Assembly: GCA_051362555.1 (NCBI GenBank)
Contig: JBPQGU010000013.1
Span: forward strand, 372,001 to 436,000
Direction of reading: 5' to 3'
Source of the DNA: Lingula anatina
Taxonomy: Eukaryota > Animalia > Brachiopoda
DNA length: 64,000 bases
Shown: positions 1-13,030 of the stretch, piece after piece
Position numbering within the stretch: the stretch's first letter is position 1
How the letters are laid out: every line of letters begins with the position of its first letter
Position numbers and translations under genes: made by a program
Notes under the pieces: generated by a model
The model's database searches: none
What the model was told of the DNA's origin: nothing
Seen by the model: only the letters and a program-made list of their open reading frames with translations

Positions 1-3000
1 GCTTATTTTTGGATCATCTTTAAAGCTAGAATTGGGGGCCTTGATGAAGTGACCCGGGCGCGTTTACACATTTTTTATGAATGACAGGTGTGGTAGATTG
101 ATTTTCGTCACTTTTTGGAAAAATCGGAGACGGGTCGATTTTTGGTGATTTTGAGTGATTTTGAACAGTGCCGGCACTGTGAGATTTCTTCAATTTTGGC
201 CAGGTAGGGATGAAAATTTTTTTTCTTCATTATAGTGTCAGGTAGGTGTGTTCGGTCATTTGTAGTAAGAATAAAGTGCTGGAAGAGTGGTGGTGTCAAC
301 ATTAAGGAAGAAATAGAGCAAAAACTCTCTCTCCCCCCCCCCTCTCAGATTCTGTTCTCAGAGCTTATTTTTGGATCATCTTTAAAGGTAGAATTGGGGG
401 CCTTGATGAAGTGACCCGGGCGCCTTTCCACATTTTTTATGAATGACAGGTGTGGTAGATTGATTTTCGTCACTTTTTGGAAAAATCGGAGAAGGGTCGA
501 TTTTTGGTGATTTTGAGTGATTTTGAACAGTGCCGGCACTGTGAGATTTCTTCAATTTTGGCCAGGTAGGGATGAAAATTTTTTTTCTTCATTATAGTGT
601 CAGGTAGGTGTGTTCGGTCATTTGTAGTAAGAATAAAGTGCTGGAAGAGTGGTGGTGTCAACATTAAGGAAGAAATAGAGCAAAAACTCTCTCTCCCCCC
701 CCCCCTCTCAGATTCTGTTCTCAGAGCTTATTTTTGGATCATCTTTAAAGCTAGAATTGGGGGCCTTGATGAAGTGACCCGGGCGCGTTTCCACATTTTT
801 TATGAATGACAGGTGTGGTAGATTGATTTTCGTCACTTTTTGGAAAAATCGGAGACGGGTCGATATTTGGTGATTTTGAGTGATTTTGAACAGTGCCGGC
901 ACTGTGAGATTTCTTCAATTTTGGCCAGGTAGGGATGAAAATTTTTTTTCTTCATTATAGTGTCAGGTAGGTGTGTTCGGTCATTTGTAGTAAGAATAAA
1001 GTGCTGGAAGAGTGGTGGTGTCAACATTAAGGAAGAAATAGAGCAAAAACTCTCTCTCCCCCCCCCCTCTCAGATTCTGTTCTCAGAGCTTATTTTTGGA
1101 TCATCTTTAAAGCAAGAATTGGGGGCCTTGATGAAGTGACCCGGGCGCGTTTCCACATTTTTTATGAATGACAGGTGTGGTAGATTGCTTTTCGTCACTT
1201 TTTGGAAAAATCGGAGACGGGTCGATTTTTGGTGATTTTGAGTGATTTTGAACAGTGCCGGCACTGTGAGATTTCTTCAATTTTGGCCAGGTAGGGATGA
1301 AAATTTTTTTTCTTCATTATAGTGTCAGGTAGGTGTGTTCGGTCATTTGTAGTAAGAATAAAGTGCTGGAAGAGTGGTGGTGTCAACATTAAGGAAGAAA
1401 TAGAGCAAAAACTCTCTCTCCCCCCCCTCTCAGATTCTGTTCTCAGAGCTTATTTTTGGATCATCTTTAAAGCTAGAATTGGGTGCCTTGATGAAGTGAC
1501 CCGGGCGCATTTCCACATTTTTTATGAATGACAGGTGTGGTAGATTGATTTTCGTCACTTTTTGGAAAAATCGGAGACGGGTTGATTTTTGGTGATTTTG
1601 AGTGATTTTGAACAGTGCCGGCACTGTGAGATTTCTTCAATTTTGGCCAGGTAGGGATGAAAATTTTTTTTCTTCATTATAGTGTCAGGTAGGTGTGTTC
1701 GGTCATTTGTAGTAAGAATAAAGTGCTGGAAGAGTGGTGGTGTCAACATTAAGGAAGAAATAGCGCAAAAACTCTCTCTCCCCCCCCCCTCTCAGATTCT
1801 GTTCTCAGAGCTTATTTTTGGATCATCTTTAAAGCTAGAATTGGGGGCCTTGATGAAGTGACCCGGGCGCGTTTCCACATTTTTTATGAATGACAGGTGT
1901 GGTAGATTGATTTTCGTCACTTTTTGGAAAAATCGGAGACGGGTCGATTTTTGGTGATTTTGAGTGATTTTGAACAGTGCCGGCACTGTGAGATTTCTTC
2001 ATTTTTGGCGAGGTAGGGATGAAAATATTTTTTCTTCATTATAGTGTCAGGTAGGTGTGTTCGGTCATTTGTAGTAAGAATAAAGTGCTGGAAGAGTGGT
2101 GGTGTCAACATTAAGGAAGAAATAGAGCAAAACTCTCTCTCCCCCCCCCCCTCTCAGATTCTGTTCTCAGAGCTTATTTTTGGATCATCTTTAAAGCTAG
2201 AATTGGGGGCCTTGATGAAGTGACCCGAGCGCGTTTCCACATTTTTTATGAATGACAGGTGTGGTAGATTGATTTTCGTCACTTTTTGGAAAAATTGGAG
2301 ACGGGTCGATTTTTGGTGATTTTGAGTGATTTTGAACAGTGCCGGCACTGTGAGATTTCTTCAATTTTGGCCAGGTAGGGATGAAAATTTTTTTTCTTCA
2401 TTATAGTGTCAGGTAGGTGTGTTCGGTCATTTGTAGTAAGAATAAAGTGCTGGAAGAGTGGTGGTGTCAACATTAAGGAAGAAATAGAGCAAAAACTCTC
2501 TCTCCCCCCCCCTCTCAGATTCTGTTCTCAGAGCTTATTTTTGGATCATCTTTAAAGCTAGAATTGGGGGCCTTGATGAAGTGACCCGGGCGCGTTTCCA
2601 CATTTTTTATGAATGACAGGTGTGGTAGATTGATTTTCGTCACTTTTTGGAAAAATCGGAGACGGGTCGATTTTTGGTGATTTTGAGTGATTTTGAACAG
2701 TGCCGGCACTGTGAGATTTCTTCATTTTTGGCCAGGTAGGGATGAAAATATTTTTTCTTCATTATAGTGTCAGGTAGGTGTGTTCGGTCATTTGTAGTAA
2801 GAATAAAGTGCTGGAAGAGTGGTGGTGTCAACATTAAGGAAGAAATAGAGCAAAAACTCTCTCTCCCCCCCCCCCTCTCAGATTCTGTTCTCAGAGCTTA
2901 TTTTTGGATCATCTTTAAAGCTAGAATTGGGGGCCTTGATGAAGTGACCCAGGCGCGTTTCCACATTTTTTATGAATGACAGGTGTGGTAGATTGATTTT

Positions 3001-6000
3001 CGTCACTTTTTGGAAAAATTGGAGACGGGTCGATTTTTGGTGATTTTGAGTGATTTTGAACAGTGTGAGATTTCTTCAATTTTGGCCAGGTAGGGATGAA
3101 AATTTTTTTTCTTCATTATAGTGTCAGGTAGGTGTGTTCGGTCATTTGTAGTAAGAATAAAGTGCTGGAAGAGTGGTGGTGTCAACATTAAGGAAGAAAT
3201 AGAGCAAAAACTCTCTCTCCCCCCCCCCCCTCTCAGATTCTGTTCTCAGAGCTTATTTTTGGATCATCTTTAAAGCTAGAATTGGGGACCTTGATGAAGT
3301 GACCCGGGCGCGTTTCCACATTTTTTATGAATGACAGGTGTGGTAGATTGATTTTCGTCACTTTTTGGAAAAATCGGAGACGGGTCGATTTTTGGTGATT
3401 TTGAGTGATTTTGAACAGTGCCGGCACTGTGAGATTTCTTCAATTTTGGCCAGGTAGGGATGAAAATTTTTTTTCTTCATTATAGTGTCAGGTAGGTGTG
3501 TTCGGTCATTTGTAGTAAGAATAAAGTGCTGGAAGAGTGGTGGTGTCAACATTAAGGAAGAAATAGAGCAAAAACTCTCTCTCCCCCCCCTCTCAGATTC
3601 TGTTCTCAGAGCTTATTTTTGGATCATCTTTAAAGCTAGAATTGGGGGCCTTGATGAAGTGACCCGGGCGCGTTTCCACATTTTTTATGAATGACAGGTG
3701 TGGTAGATTGATTTTCGTCACTTTTTGGAAAAATCGGAGACGGGTCCATTTTTGGTGATTTTGAGTGATTTTGAACAGTGCCGGCACTGTGAGATTTCTT
3801 CAATTTTGGCCAGGTAGGGATGAAATTTTTTTTTCTTCATTATAGTGTCAGGTAGGTGTGTTCGGTCATTTGTAGTAAGAATAAAGTGCTGGAAGAGTGG
3901 TGGTGTCAACATTAAGGAAGAAATAGAGCAAAAACTCTCTCTCCCCCCCCCCTCTCAGATTCTGTTCTCAGAGCTTATTTTTGGATCATCTTTAAAGCTA
4001 GAATTGGGGGCCTTGATGAAGTGACCCGGGCGCGTTTCCACATTTTTTATGAATGACAGGTGTGGTAGATTGATTTTCGTCACTTTTTGGAAAAATCGGA
4101 GACGGGTCGATTTTTGGTGATTTTGAGTGATTTTGAACAGTGCCGGCACTGTGAGATTTCTTCAATTTTGGCCAGGTAGGGATGAAAATTTTTTTTCTTC
4201 ATTATAGTGTCAGGTAGGTGTGTTCGGTCATTTGTAGTAAGAATAAAGTGCTGGAAGAGTGGTGGTGTCAACATTAAGGAAGAAATAGAGCAAAAACTCT
4301 CTCTCCCCCCCCCCCTCTCAGATTCTGTTCTCAGAGCTTATTTTTGGATCATCTTTAAAGCAAGAATTGGGGGCCTTGATGAAGTGACCCGGGCGCGTTT
4401 CCACATTTTTTATGAATGACAGGTGTGGTAGATTGATTTTCGTCACTTTTTGGAAAAATCGGAGACGGGTCGATTTTTGGTGATTTTGAGTGATTTTGAA
4501 CAGTGCCGGCACTGTGAGATTTCTTCAATTTTGGCCAGGTAGGGATGAAAATTTTTTTTCTTCATTATAGTGTCAGGTAGGTGTGTTCGGTCATTTGTAG
4601 TAAGAATAAAGTGCTGGAAGAGTGGTGGTGTCAACATTAAGGAAGAAATAGAGCAAAAACTCTCTCTCCCCCCCTCTCAGATTCTGTTCTCAGAGCTTAT
4701 TTTTGGATCATCTTTAAAGCTAGAATTGGGGGCCTTGATGAAGTGACCCGGGCGCATTTCCACATTTTTTATGAATGACAGGTGTGGTAGATTGATTTTC
4801 GTCACTTTTTGGAAAAATCGGAGACGGGTTGATTTTTGGTGATTTTGAGTGATTTTGAACAGTGCCGGCACTGTGAGATTTCTTCAATTTTGGCCAGGAG
4901 GGATGAAAATTTTTTTTCTTCATTATAGTGTCAGGTAGGTGTGTTCGGTCATTTGTAGTAAGAATAAAGTGCTGGAAGAGTGGTGGTGTCAACATTAAGG
5001 AAGAAATAGAGCAAAAACTCTCTCCCCCCCCCCCCCCTCTCAGATTCTGTTCTCAGAGCTTATTTTTGGATCATCTTTAAAGCTAGAATTGGGATCCTTG
5101 ATGAAGTGACCCGGGCACGTTTCCACATTTTTTATGAATGACAGGTGTGGTAGATTGATTTTCGTCACTTTTTGGAAAAATTGGAGACGGGTCGATTTTT
5201 GGTGATTTTGAGTGATTTTGAACAGTGCCGGCACTGTGAGATTTCTTCAATTTTGGCCAGGTAGGGACGAAAAATTTTTTTCTTCATTATAGTGTCAGGT
5301 AGGTGTGTTCGGTCATTTGTAGTAAGAATAAAGTGCTGGAAGAGTGGTGGTGTCAACATTAAGGAAGAAATAGAGCAAAACTCTCTCTCCCCCCCCCCTC
5401 TCAGATTCTGTTCTCAGAGCTTATTTTTGGATCATCTTTAAAGCTAGAATTGGGGGCCTTGATGAAGTGACCCGAGCGCGTTTCCACATTTTTTATGAAT
5501 GACAGGTGTGGTAGATTGATTTTCGTCACTTTTTGGAAAAATTGGAGACGGGTCGATTTTTGGTGATTTTGAGTGATTTTGAACAGTGCCGGCACTGTGA
5601 GATTTCTTCAATTTTGGCCAGGTAGGGATGAAAATTTTTTTTCTTCATTATAGTGTCAGGTAGGTGTGTTCGGTCATTTGTAGTAAGAATAAAGTGCTGG
5701 AAGAGTGGTGGTGTCAACATTAAGGAAGAAATAGAGCAAAAACTCTCTCTCCCCCCCCCCTCTCAGATTCTGTTCTCAGAGCTTATTTTTGGATCATCTT
5801 TAAAGCTAGAATTGGGGGCCTTGATGAAGTGACCCGGGCGCGTTTCCACATTTTTTATGAATGACAGGTGTGGTAGATTGATTTTCGTCACTTTTTGGAA
5901 AAATCGGAGACGGGGCGATTTTTGGTGATTTTGAGTGATTTTGAACAGTGCCGGCACTGTGAGATTTCTTCAATTTTGGCCAGGTAGGGATGAAAATTTT

Positions 6001-9000
6001 TTTTCTTCATTATAGTGTCAGGTAGGTGTGTTCGGTCATTTGTAGTAAGAATAAAGTGCTGGAAGAGTGGTGGTGTCAACATTAAGGAAGAAATAGAGCA
6101 AAAACTCTCTCTCCCCCCCCCTCTCAGATTCTGTTCTCAGAGCTTATTTTTGGATCATCTTTAAAGCTAGAATTGGGGGCCTTGATGAAGTGACCCGGGC
6201 GCGTTTCCACATTTTTTATGAATGACAGGTGTGGTAGATTGATTTTCGTCACTTTTTGGAAAAATCGGAGACGGGTCGATTTTTGGTGATTTTGAGTGAT
6301 TTTGAACAGTGCCGGCACTGTGAGATTTCTTCAATTTTGGCCAGGTAGGGATGAAAATTTTTTTTCTTCATTATAGTGTCAGGTAGGTGTGTTCGGTCAT
6401 TTGTAGTAAGAATAAAGTGCTGGAAGAGTGGTGGTGTCAACATTAAGGAAGAAATAGAGCAAAAACTCTCTCTCCCCCCCCCCTCTCAGATTCTGTTCTC
6501 AGAGCTTATTTTTGGATCATCTTTAAAGCAAGAATTGGGGGCCTTGATGAAGTGACCCGGGCGCGTTTCCACATTTTTTATGAATGACAGGTGTGGTAGA
6601 TTGATTTTCGTCACTTTTTGGAAAAATCGGAGACGAGTCGATTTTTGGTGATTTTGAGTGATTTTGAACAGTGCCGGCACTGTGAGATTTCTTCAATTTT
6701 GGCCAGGTAGGGATGAAAATTTTTTTTCTTCATTATAGTGTCAGGTAGGTGTGTTCGGTCATTTGTAGTAAGAATAAAGTGCTGGAAGAGTGGTGGTGTC
6801 AACATTAAGGAAGAAATAGAGCAAAAACTCTCTCTCCCCCCCCTCTCAGATTCTGTTCTCAGAGCTTATTTTTGGATCATCTTTAAAGCTAGAATTGGGG
6901 GCCTTGATGAAGTGACCCGGGCGCATTTCCACATTTTTTATGAATGACAGGTGTGGTAGATTGATTTTCGTCACTTTTTGGAAAAATCGGAGACGGGTTG
7001 ATTTTTGGTGATTTTGAGTGATTTTGAACAGTGCCGGCACTGTGAGATTTCTTCAATTTTGGCCAGGTAGGGATGAAAATTTTTTTTCTTCATTATAGTG
7101 TCAGGTAGGTGTGTTCGGTCATTTGTAGTAAGAATAAAGTGCTGGAAGAGTGGTGGTGTCAACATTAAGGAAGAAATAGAGCAAAAACTCTCTCTCCCCC
7201 CCCCCTCTAAGATTCTGTTCTCAGAGCTTATTTTTGGATCATCTTTAAAGCAAGAATTGGGAGCCTTGATGAAGTGACCCGGGCGCGTTTCCACATTTTT
7301 TATGAATGACAGGTGTGGTAGATTGATTTTCGTCACTTTTTGGAAAAATCGGAGACGGGTCGATTTTTGGTGATTTTGAGTGATTTTGAACAGTGCCGGC
7401 ACTGTGAGATTTCTTCAATTTTGGCCAGGTAGGGATGAAAATTTTTTTTCTTCATTATAGTGTCAGGTAGGTGTGTTCGGTCATTTGTAGTAAGAATAAA
7501 GTGCTGGAAGAGTGGTGGTGTCAACATTAAGGAAGAAATAGAGCAAAAACTCTCTCTCCCCCCCCTCTCAGATTCTGTTCTCAGAGCTTATTTTTGGATC
7601 ATCTTTAAAGCTAGAATTGGGGGCCTTGATGAAGTGACCCGGGCGCATTTCCACATTTTTTATGAATGACAGGTGTGGTAGATTGATTTTCGTCACTTTT
7701 TGGAAAAATCGGAGACGGGTTAATTTTTGGTGATTTTGAGTGATTTTGAACAGTGCCGGCACTGTGAGATTTCTTCAATTTTGGCCAGGTAGGGATGAAA
7801 ATTTTTTTTCTTCATTATAGTGTCAGGTAGGTGTGTTCGGTCATTTGTAGTAAGAATAAAGTGCTGGAAGAGTGGTGGTGTCAACATTAAGGAAGAAATA
7901 GAGCAAAAACTCTCTCTCCCCCCCCCCTCTCAGATTCTGTTCTCAGAGCTTATTTTTGGATCATCTTTAAAGCTAGAATTGGGGGCCTTGATGAAGTGAC
8001 CCGGGCGCATTTCCACATTTTTTATGAATGACAGGTGTGGTAGATTGATTTTCGTCACTTTTTGGAAAAATCGGAGACGGGTTGATTTTTGGTGATTTTG
8101 AGTGATTTTGAACAGTGCCGGCACTGTGAGATTTCTTCAATTTTGGCCAGGTAGGGATGAAATTTTTTTTCTTCATTATAGTGTCAGGTAGGTGTGTTCG
8201 GTCATTTGTAGTAAGAATAAAGTGCTGGAAGAGTGGTGGTGTCAACATTAAGGAAGAAATAGAGCAAAAACTCTCTCTCCCCCCCCCTCTCAGATTCTGT
8301 TCTCAGAGCTTATTTTTGGATCATCTTTAAAGCTAGAATTGGGGGCCTTGATGAAATGACCCGGGCGTGTTTCCACATTTTTTATGAATGACAGGTGTGG
8401 TAGATTGATTTTCGTCACTTTTTGGAAAAATCGGAGACGGGTCGATTTTTGGTGATTTTGAGTGATTTTGAACAGTGCCGGCACTGTGAGATTTCTTCAA
8501 TTTTGGCCAGGTAGGGATGAAAATTTTTTTTCTTCATTATAGTGTCAGGTAGGTGTGTTCCGTCATTTGTAGTAAGAATAAAGTGCTGGAAGAGTGGTGG
8601 TGTCAACATTAAGGAAGAAATAGAGCAAATACTCTCTCCCCCCCCCTCTCAGATTCTGTTCTCAGAGCTTATTTTTGGATCATCTTTAAAGCTAGAATTG
8701 GGATCCTTGATGAAGTGACCCGGGCACGTTTCCACATTTTTTATGAATGACAGGTGTGGTAGATTGATTTTCGTCACTTTTTGGAAAAATCGGAGACGGG
8801 TCGATTTTTGGTGATTTTGAGTGATTTTGAACAGTGCCGGCACTGTGAGATTTCTTCAATTTTGGCCAGGTAGGGACGAAAAATTTTTTTTCTTCATTAT
8901 AGTGTCAGGTAGGTGTGTTCGGTCATTTGTAGTAAGAATAAAGTGCTGGAAGAGTGGTGGTGTCAACATTAAGGAAGAAATAGAGCAAAACTCTCTCTCC

Positions 9001-11176
9001 CCCCCCCCCCCCCTCTCAGATTCTGTTCTCAGAGCTTATTTTTGGATCATCTTTAAAGCTAGAATTGGGGGCCTTGATGAAGTGACCCGGGCGCGTTTCC
9101 ACATTTTTTATGAATGACAGGTGTGGTAGATTGATTTTCGTCACTTTTTGGAAAAATTGGAGACGGGTCGATTTTTGGTGATTTTGAGTGATTTTGAACA
9201 GTGCCGGCACTGTGAGATTTCTTCAATTTTGGCCAGGTAGGGATGAAAATTTTTTTTCTTCATTATAGTGTCAGGTAGGTGTGTTCGGTCATTTGTAGTA
9301 AGAATAAAGTGCTTGAAGAGTGGTGATGTCAACATTAAGGAAGAAATAGAGCAAAAACTCTCTCTCCCCCCCCCCTTTCAGATTCTGTTCTCAGAGCTTA
9401 TTTTTGGATCATCTTTAAAGCTAGAATTGGGGGCCTTGATGAAGTGACCCGGGCGCGTTTCCACATTTTTTATGAATGACAGGTGTGGTAGATTGATTTT
9501 CGTCACTTTTTGGAAAAATTGGAGACGGGTCGATTTTTGGTGATTTTGAGTGATTTTGAACAGTGCCGGCACTGTGAGATTTCTTCAATTTTGGCCAGGT
9601 AGGGATGAAAATTTTTTTTCTTCATTATAGTGTCAGGTAGGTGTGTTCGGTCATTTGTAGTAAGAATAAAGTGCTGGAAGAGTGGTGGTGTCAACATTAA
9701 GGAAGAAATAGAGCAAAAACTCTCTCTCCCCCCCCCCTCTCAGATTCTGTTCTCAGAGCTTATTTTTGGATCATCTTTAAAGCTAGAATTGGGGGCCTTG
9801 ATGAAGTGACCCGGGCGTGTTTCCACATTTTTTATGAATGACAGGTGTGGTAGATTGATTTTCGTCACTTTTTGGAAAAATTGGAGACGGGTCGATTTTT
9901 GGTGATTTTGAGTGATTTTGAACAGTGCCGGCACTGTGAGATTTCTTCAATTTTGGCCAGGTAGGGATGAAAATTTTTTTTCTTCATTATAGTGTCAGGT
10001 AGGTGTGTTCGGTCATTTGTAGTAAGAATAAAGTGCTGGAAGAGTGGTGGTGTCAACATTAAGGAAGAAATAGAGCAAAAACTCTCTCTCCCCCCCCCCT
10101 CTCAGATTCTGTTCTCAGAGCTTATTTTTGGATCATCTTTAAAGCTAGAATTGGGGGCCTTGATGAAGTGACCCGGGCGCGTTTTCACATTTTTTATGAA
10201 TGACAGGTGTGGTAGATTGATTTTCGTCACTTTTTGGAAAAATCGGAGACGGGTCGATTTTTGGTGATTTTGAGTGATTTTGAACAGTGCCGGCACTGTG
10301 AGATTTCTTCAATTTTGGCCAGGTAGGGATGAAAATTTTTTTCTTCATTATAGTGTCAGGTAGATGTGTTCGGTCATTTGTAGTAAGAATAAAGTGCTGG
10401 AAGAGTGGTGGTGTCAACATTAAGGAAGAAATAGAGCAAAAACTCTCTCTCCCCCCCCCCCCCCCTCTCAGATTCTGTTCTCAGAGCTTATTTTTGGATC
10501 ATCTTTAAAGCTAGAATTGGGGGCCTTGATGAAGTGACCCGGGCGCGTTTCCACATTTTTATGAATGACAGGTGTGGTAGATTGATTTTCGTCACTTTTT
10601 GGAAAAATCGGAGACGGGTCGATTTTTGGTGATTTTGAGTGATTTTGAACAGTGCCGGCACTGTGAGATTTCTTCAATTTTGGCCAGGTAGGGATGAAAA
10701 ATTTTTTTCTTCATTATAGTGTCAGGTAGGTGTGTTCGGTCATTTGTAGTAAGAATAAAGTGCTGGAAGAGTGGTGGTGTCAACATTAAGGAAGAAATAG
10801 AGCAAAAACTCTCTCCCCCCCCCCCCCCCCTCTCAGATTCTGTTCTCAGAGCTTATTTTTGGATCATCTTTAAAGCTAGAATTGGGGGCCTTGATGAAGT
10901 GACCCGGGCGCGTTTCCACATTTTTTATGAATGACAGGTGTGGTAGATTGATTTTCGTCACTTTTTGGAAAAATCGGAGACGGGTCGATTTTTGGTGATT
11001 TTGAGTGATTTTGAACAGTGCCGGCACTGTGAGATTTCTTCAATTTTGGCCAGGTAGGGATGAAAAATTTTTTTCTTCATTATAGTGTCAGGTAGGTGTG
11101 TTCGGTCATTTGTAGTAAGCATAAAATGCTTGAAGAGTGGTGGTGTCAACATTATGGAAGAAATAAAGCAAAAACT
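1..11176. repeat. Satellite DNA array 1, ~362-bp monomer, ~31 copies, heterogeneous, runs off the left edge
   Basis: Head-to-tail repetition with period mostly 359-367 bp (ORF track 108, 470, 833, 1195...). Monomers carry TTTTCGTCAC and many scattered SNPs. The array ends at ...AAATAAAGCAAAAACT|ATGTATAC in a diverged terminal monomer. Confidence 0.99.
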
Positions 11177-12769
11177 ATGTATACAGATTCCTGCTATATT
11201 ATTATTTTATCTTTAATTTATCGAATTTTATGATGCCTTTCCTATATACATAGTCCTTTTTTAAAATAATTACCGTATCAGTTTTTTAAAACCTAGAACA
11301 AAAGTTTTCAGTTTGTCTGTCTTTTTTATTCCAGCAATTTCAGCAGCCATTACTGTTTCCGAGACACCTTGCGTGTGCTATCAAACGAAGCCTGTTACTT
11401 ACAGCACAGGAGCACCAAAGAGTTTGAAGAGTGCTTTACAAGTCATCAGTCAAATTAAGCAGAAATGGTCTTAGCTTTGCAAACCGGTGTCAAAGGGTCA
11501 AATCAAGTATTCCAAGCCTTCCAAGGACTAGTATGATGTAAGTCAGTATGGACAATATATTAAAGGTCCAAAAGCATCAAAGTCTTTAAGGTACTCGCCC
11601 CACGCCGCAGCATGTCATCGAAGAAATGACCCCTTGATGATAGGGATATGGATTGCAAGTGTTCTGGAGGCTCCAAGACAACTGTCTATAGCAGGTTCTG
11701 GTACTTGCATAGTGGGTCTTCAAACCCTTGGTATAGAAAGTACAAACCAGCAGCTTAATCTGGAAGTTAAAAAGAAAAAACAGCCATAAGTCCATGCATT
11801 AAAATCATGTTGAAATCTCTTTTTGGAAATTAGAAAAACGACTATTGCAATTATTAGAGAAGGCTTAATTAACTTTGAGTGTGCATTTTTTATGAACTGA
11901 TACTTCCTTGTGAACAAAAACTCTGAAAAGATTTCCACATTTTGTATTTTTGGCAATAATGAGAAATGAATGAACATTCATTGATTAATTATTATCATTA
12001 TTTATTTATTCATTTATTTTTTTGCTATTTCCACTTGAGGGTGCTTACGCAAATTTGGCAGATTTCCCAAGTTTTGGGTTAAATAATAATAATTTATTGA
12101 GCACTGAAATGTTTTTACATTTAGAAGCTCTCTAGCTACTATACATTATACATATGGAAAGATAGTAAGGATAGTAAGTAAATGAAAGAGAAAAAAAATT
12201 ATACTTATATAATGTTACACAATATACATTCTCTTAATATCCAGGTGAGATGCATGAAATCATTTGTGCACTTCTAGTTAATTACGTTTTTTTTAAAAGC
12301 ACAATGTTGTTATTTTGGGTCTTTATGAGGTAATGTGATTTTGTCAGCATATTAGTTAAATGAACAACTTTGTCTGGATGCCCCACTCCTGCCTCAAATG
12401 AGATTTTAAAAGCAAACATCAATATCTATAAAGTCAGGTTTTAATGCTTATTTTTGAACACATTTCACATAAATCACATTTCACATGATGATCTGGGCTG
12501 ATTTTGTCAAAGTTAAAGAAACCCCATTTTGAACACTGATGACAATTTAAGTAAAACCATGTTACTCATGGATCTCAATCTTACAGAAAAGGTAAATTGG
12601 ACTAAAATACAGCTTGAGTTAGAAAACTGAACTGATTGCATTCTTTTTCTGAGAGTTATTTATTTATTTAATTATCATTATTATTATTATTTATTATTAT
12701 TATTTTCAAAAATTTTTTTTTCACATATTAGCATTTTCTTCGTGAGACTTGGAACTCCCACGGGATGAA

Positions 12770-13030
12770 ATTCCAGCTCCCACTCTCAAGCCCCTGGGGA
12801 GCTTTTTGAAATAATATAAAGATGAAATTTGGGTCTTTTTAAAATAATTAAAATAATGATGTCAGGAAGGTGTGTTTTGTTTTTTCTAGCCATCCACAGG
12901 TAATTTTTTTTTTTTCAATATTTCTTGTGAATTAAAAAAATATTTTTCCATCCCCCTCCCCAACCTCAAACCCCTGAGGAGCTTTTTGAAGTACTATAAA
13001 GATGCAATTTGGGGATTTAATGATGAGATG
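12770..13030. repeat. Degenerate 180-bp tandem repeat (~1.5 units) related to the main satellite; second copy at ~20229-20488
   Basis: CTCAA.CCCCTG.GGAGCTTTTTGAA.TA.TATAAAGATG.AATTTGGG occurs twice, 180 bp apart (GAG at 12799 and 12979). TGTCAGGAAGGTGTGTT at 12860 matches satellite TGTCAGGTAGGTGTGTT at 16/17. Confidence 0.7.

Noticed and set aside
100-140. CENP-B box in the monomer
   Set aside because: TTCG and CGGG are present but not at the TTCG-N4-A-N2-CGGG spacing.
140-181. RAG/Transib recombination signal: CACAGTG heptamer on the minus strand of each monomer
   Set aside because: Sequences at 12- and 23-bp spacing (AAAATCACT, AAATCACCA) match the ACAAAAACC nonamer poorly. The heptamer is just part of the palindrome.
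1-362. Tandem 5S rRNA, tRNA or snRNA gene unit
   Set aside because: I recognised no 5S, tRNA cloverleaf, A/B box or snRNA sequence. A covariance-model search would settle this.
11340-11980. ORFs 11586-11795 and 11720-11977 (and their duplicates) as genes
   Set aside because: They are short, have no recognisable motifs, and recur only because of the segmental duplication.
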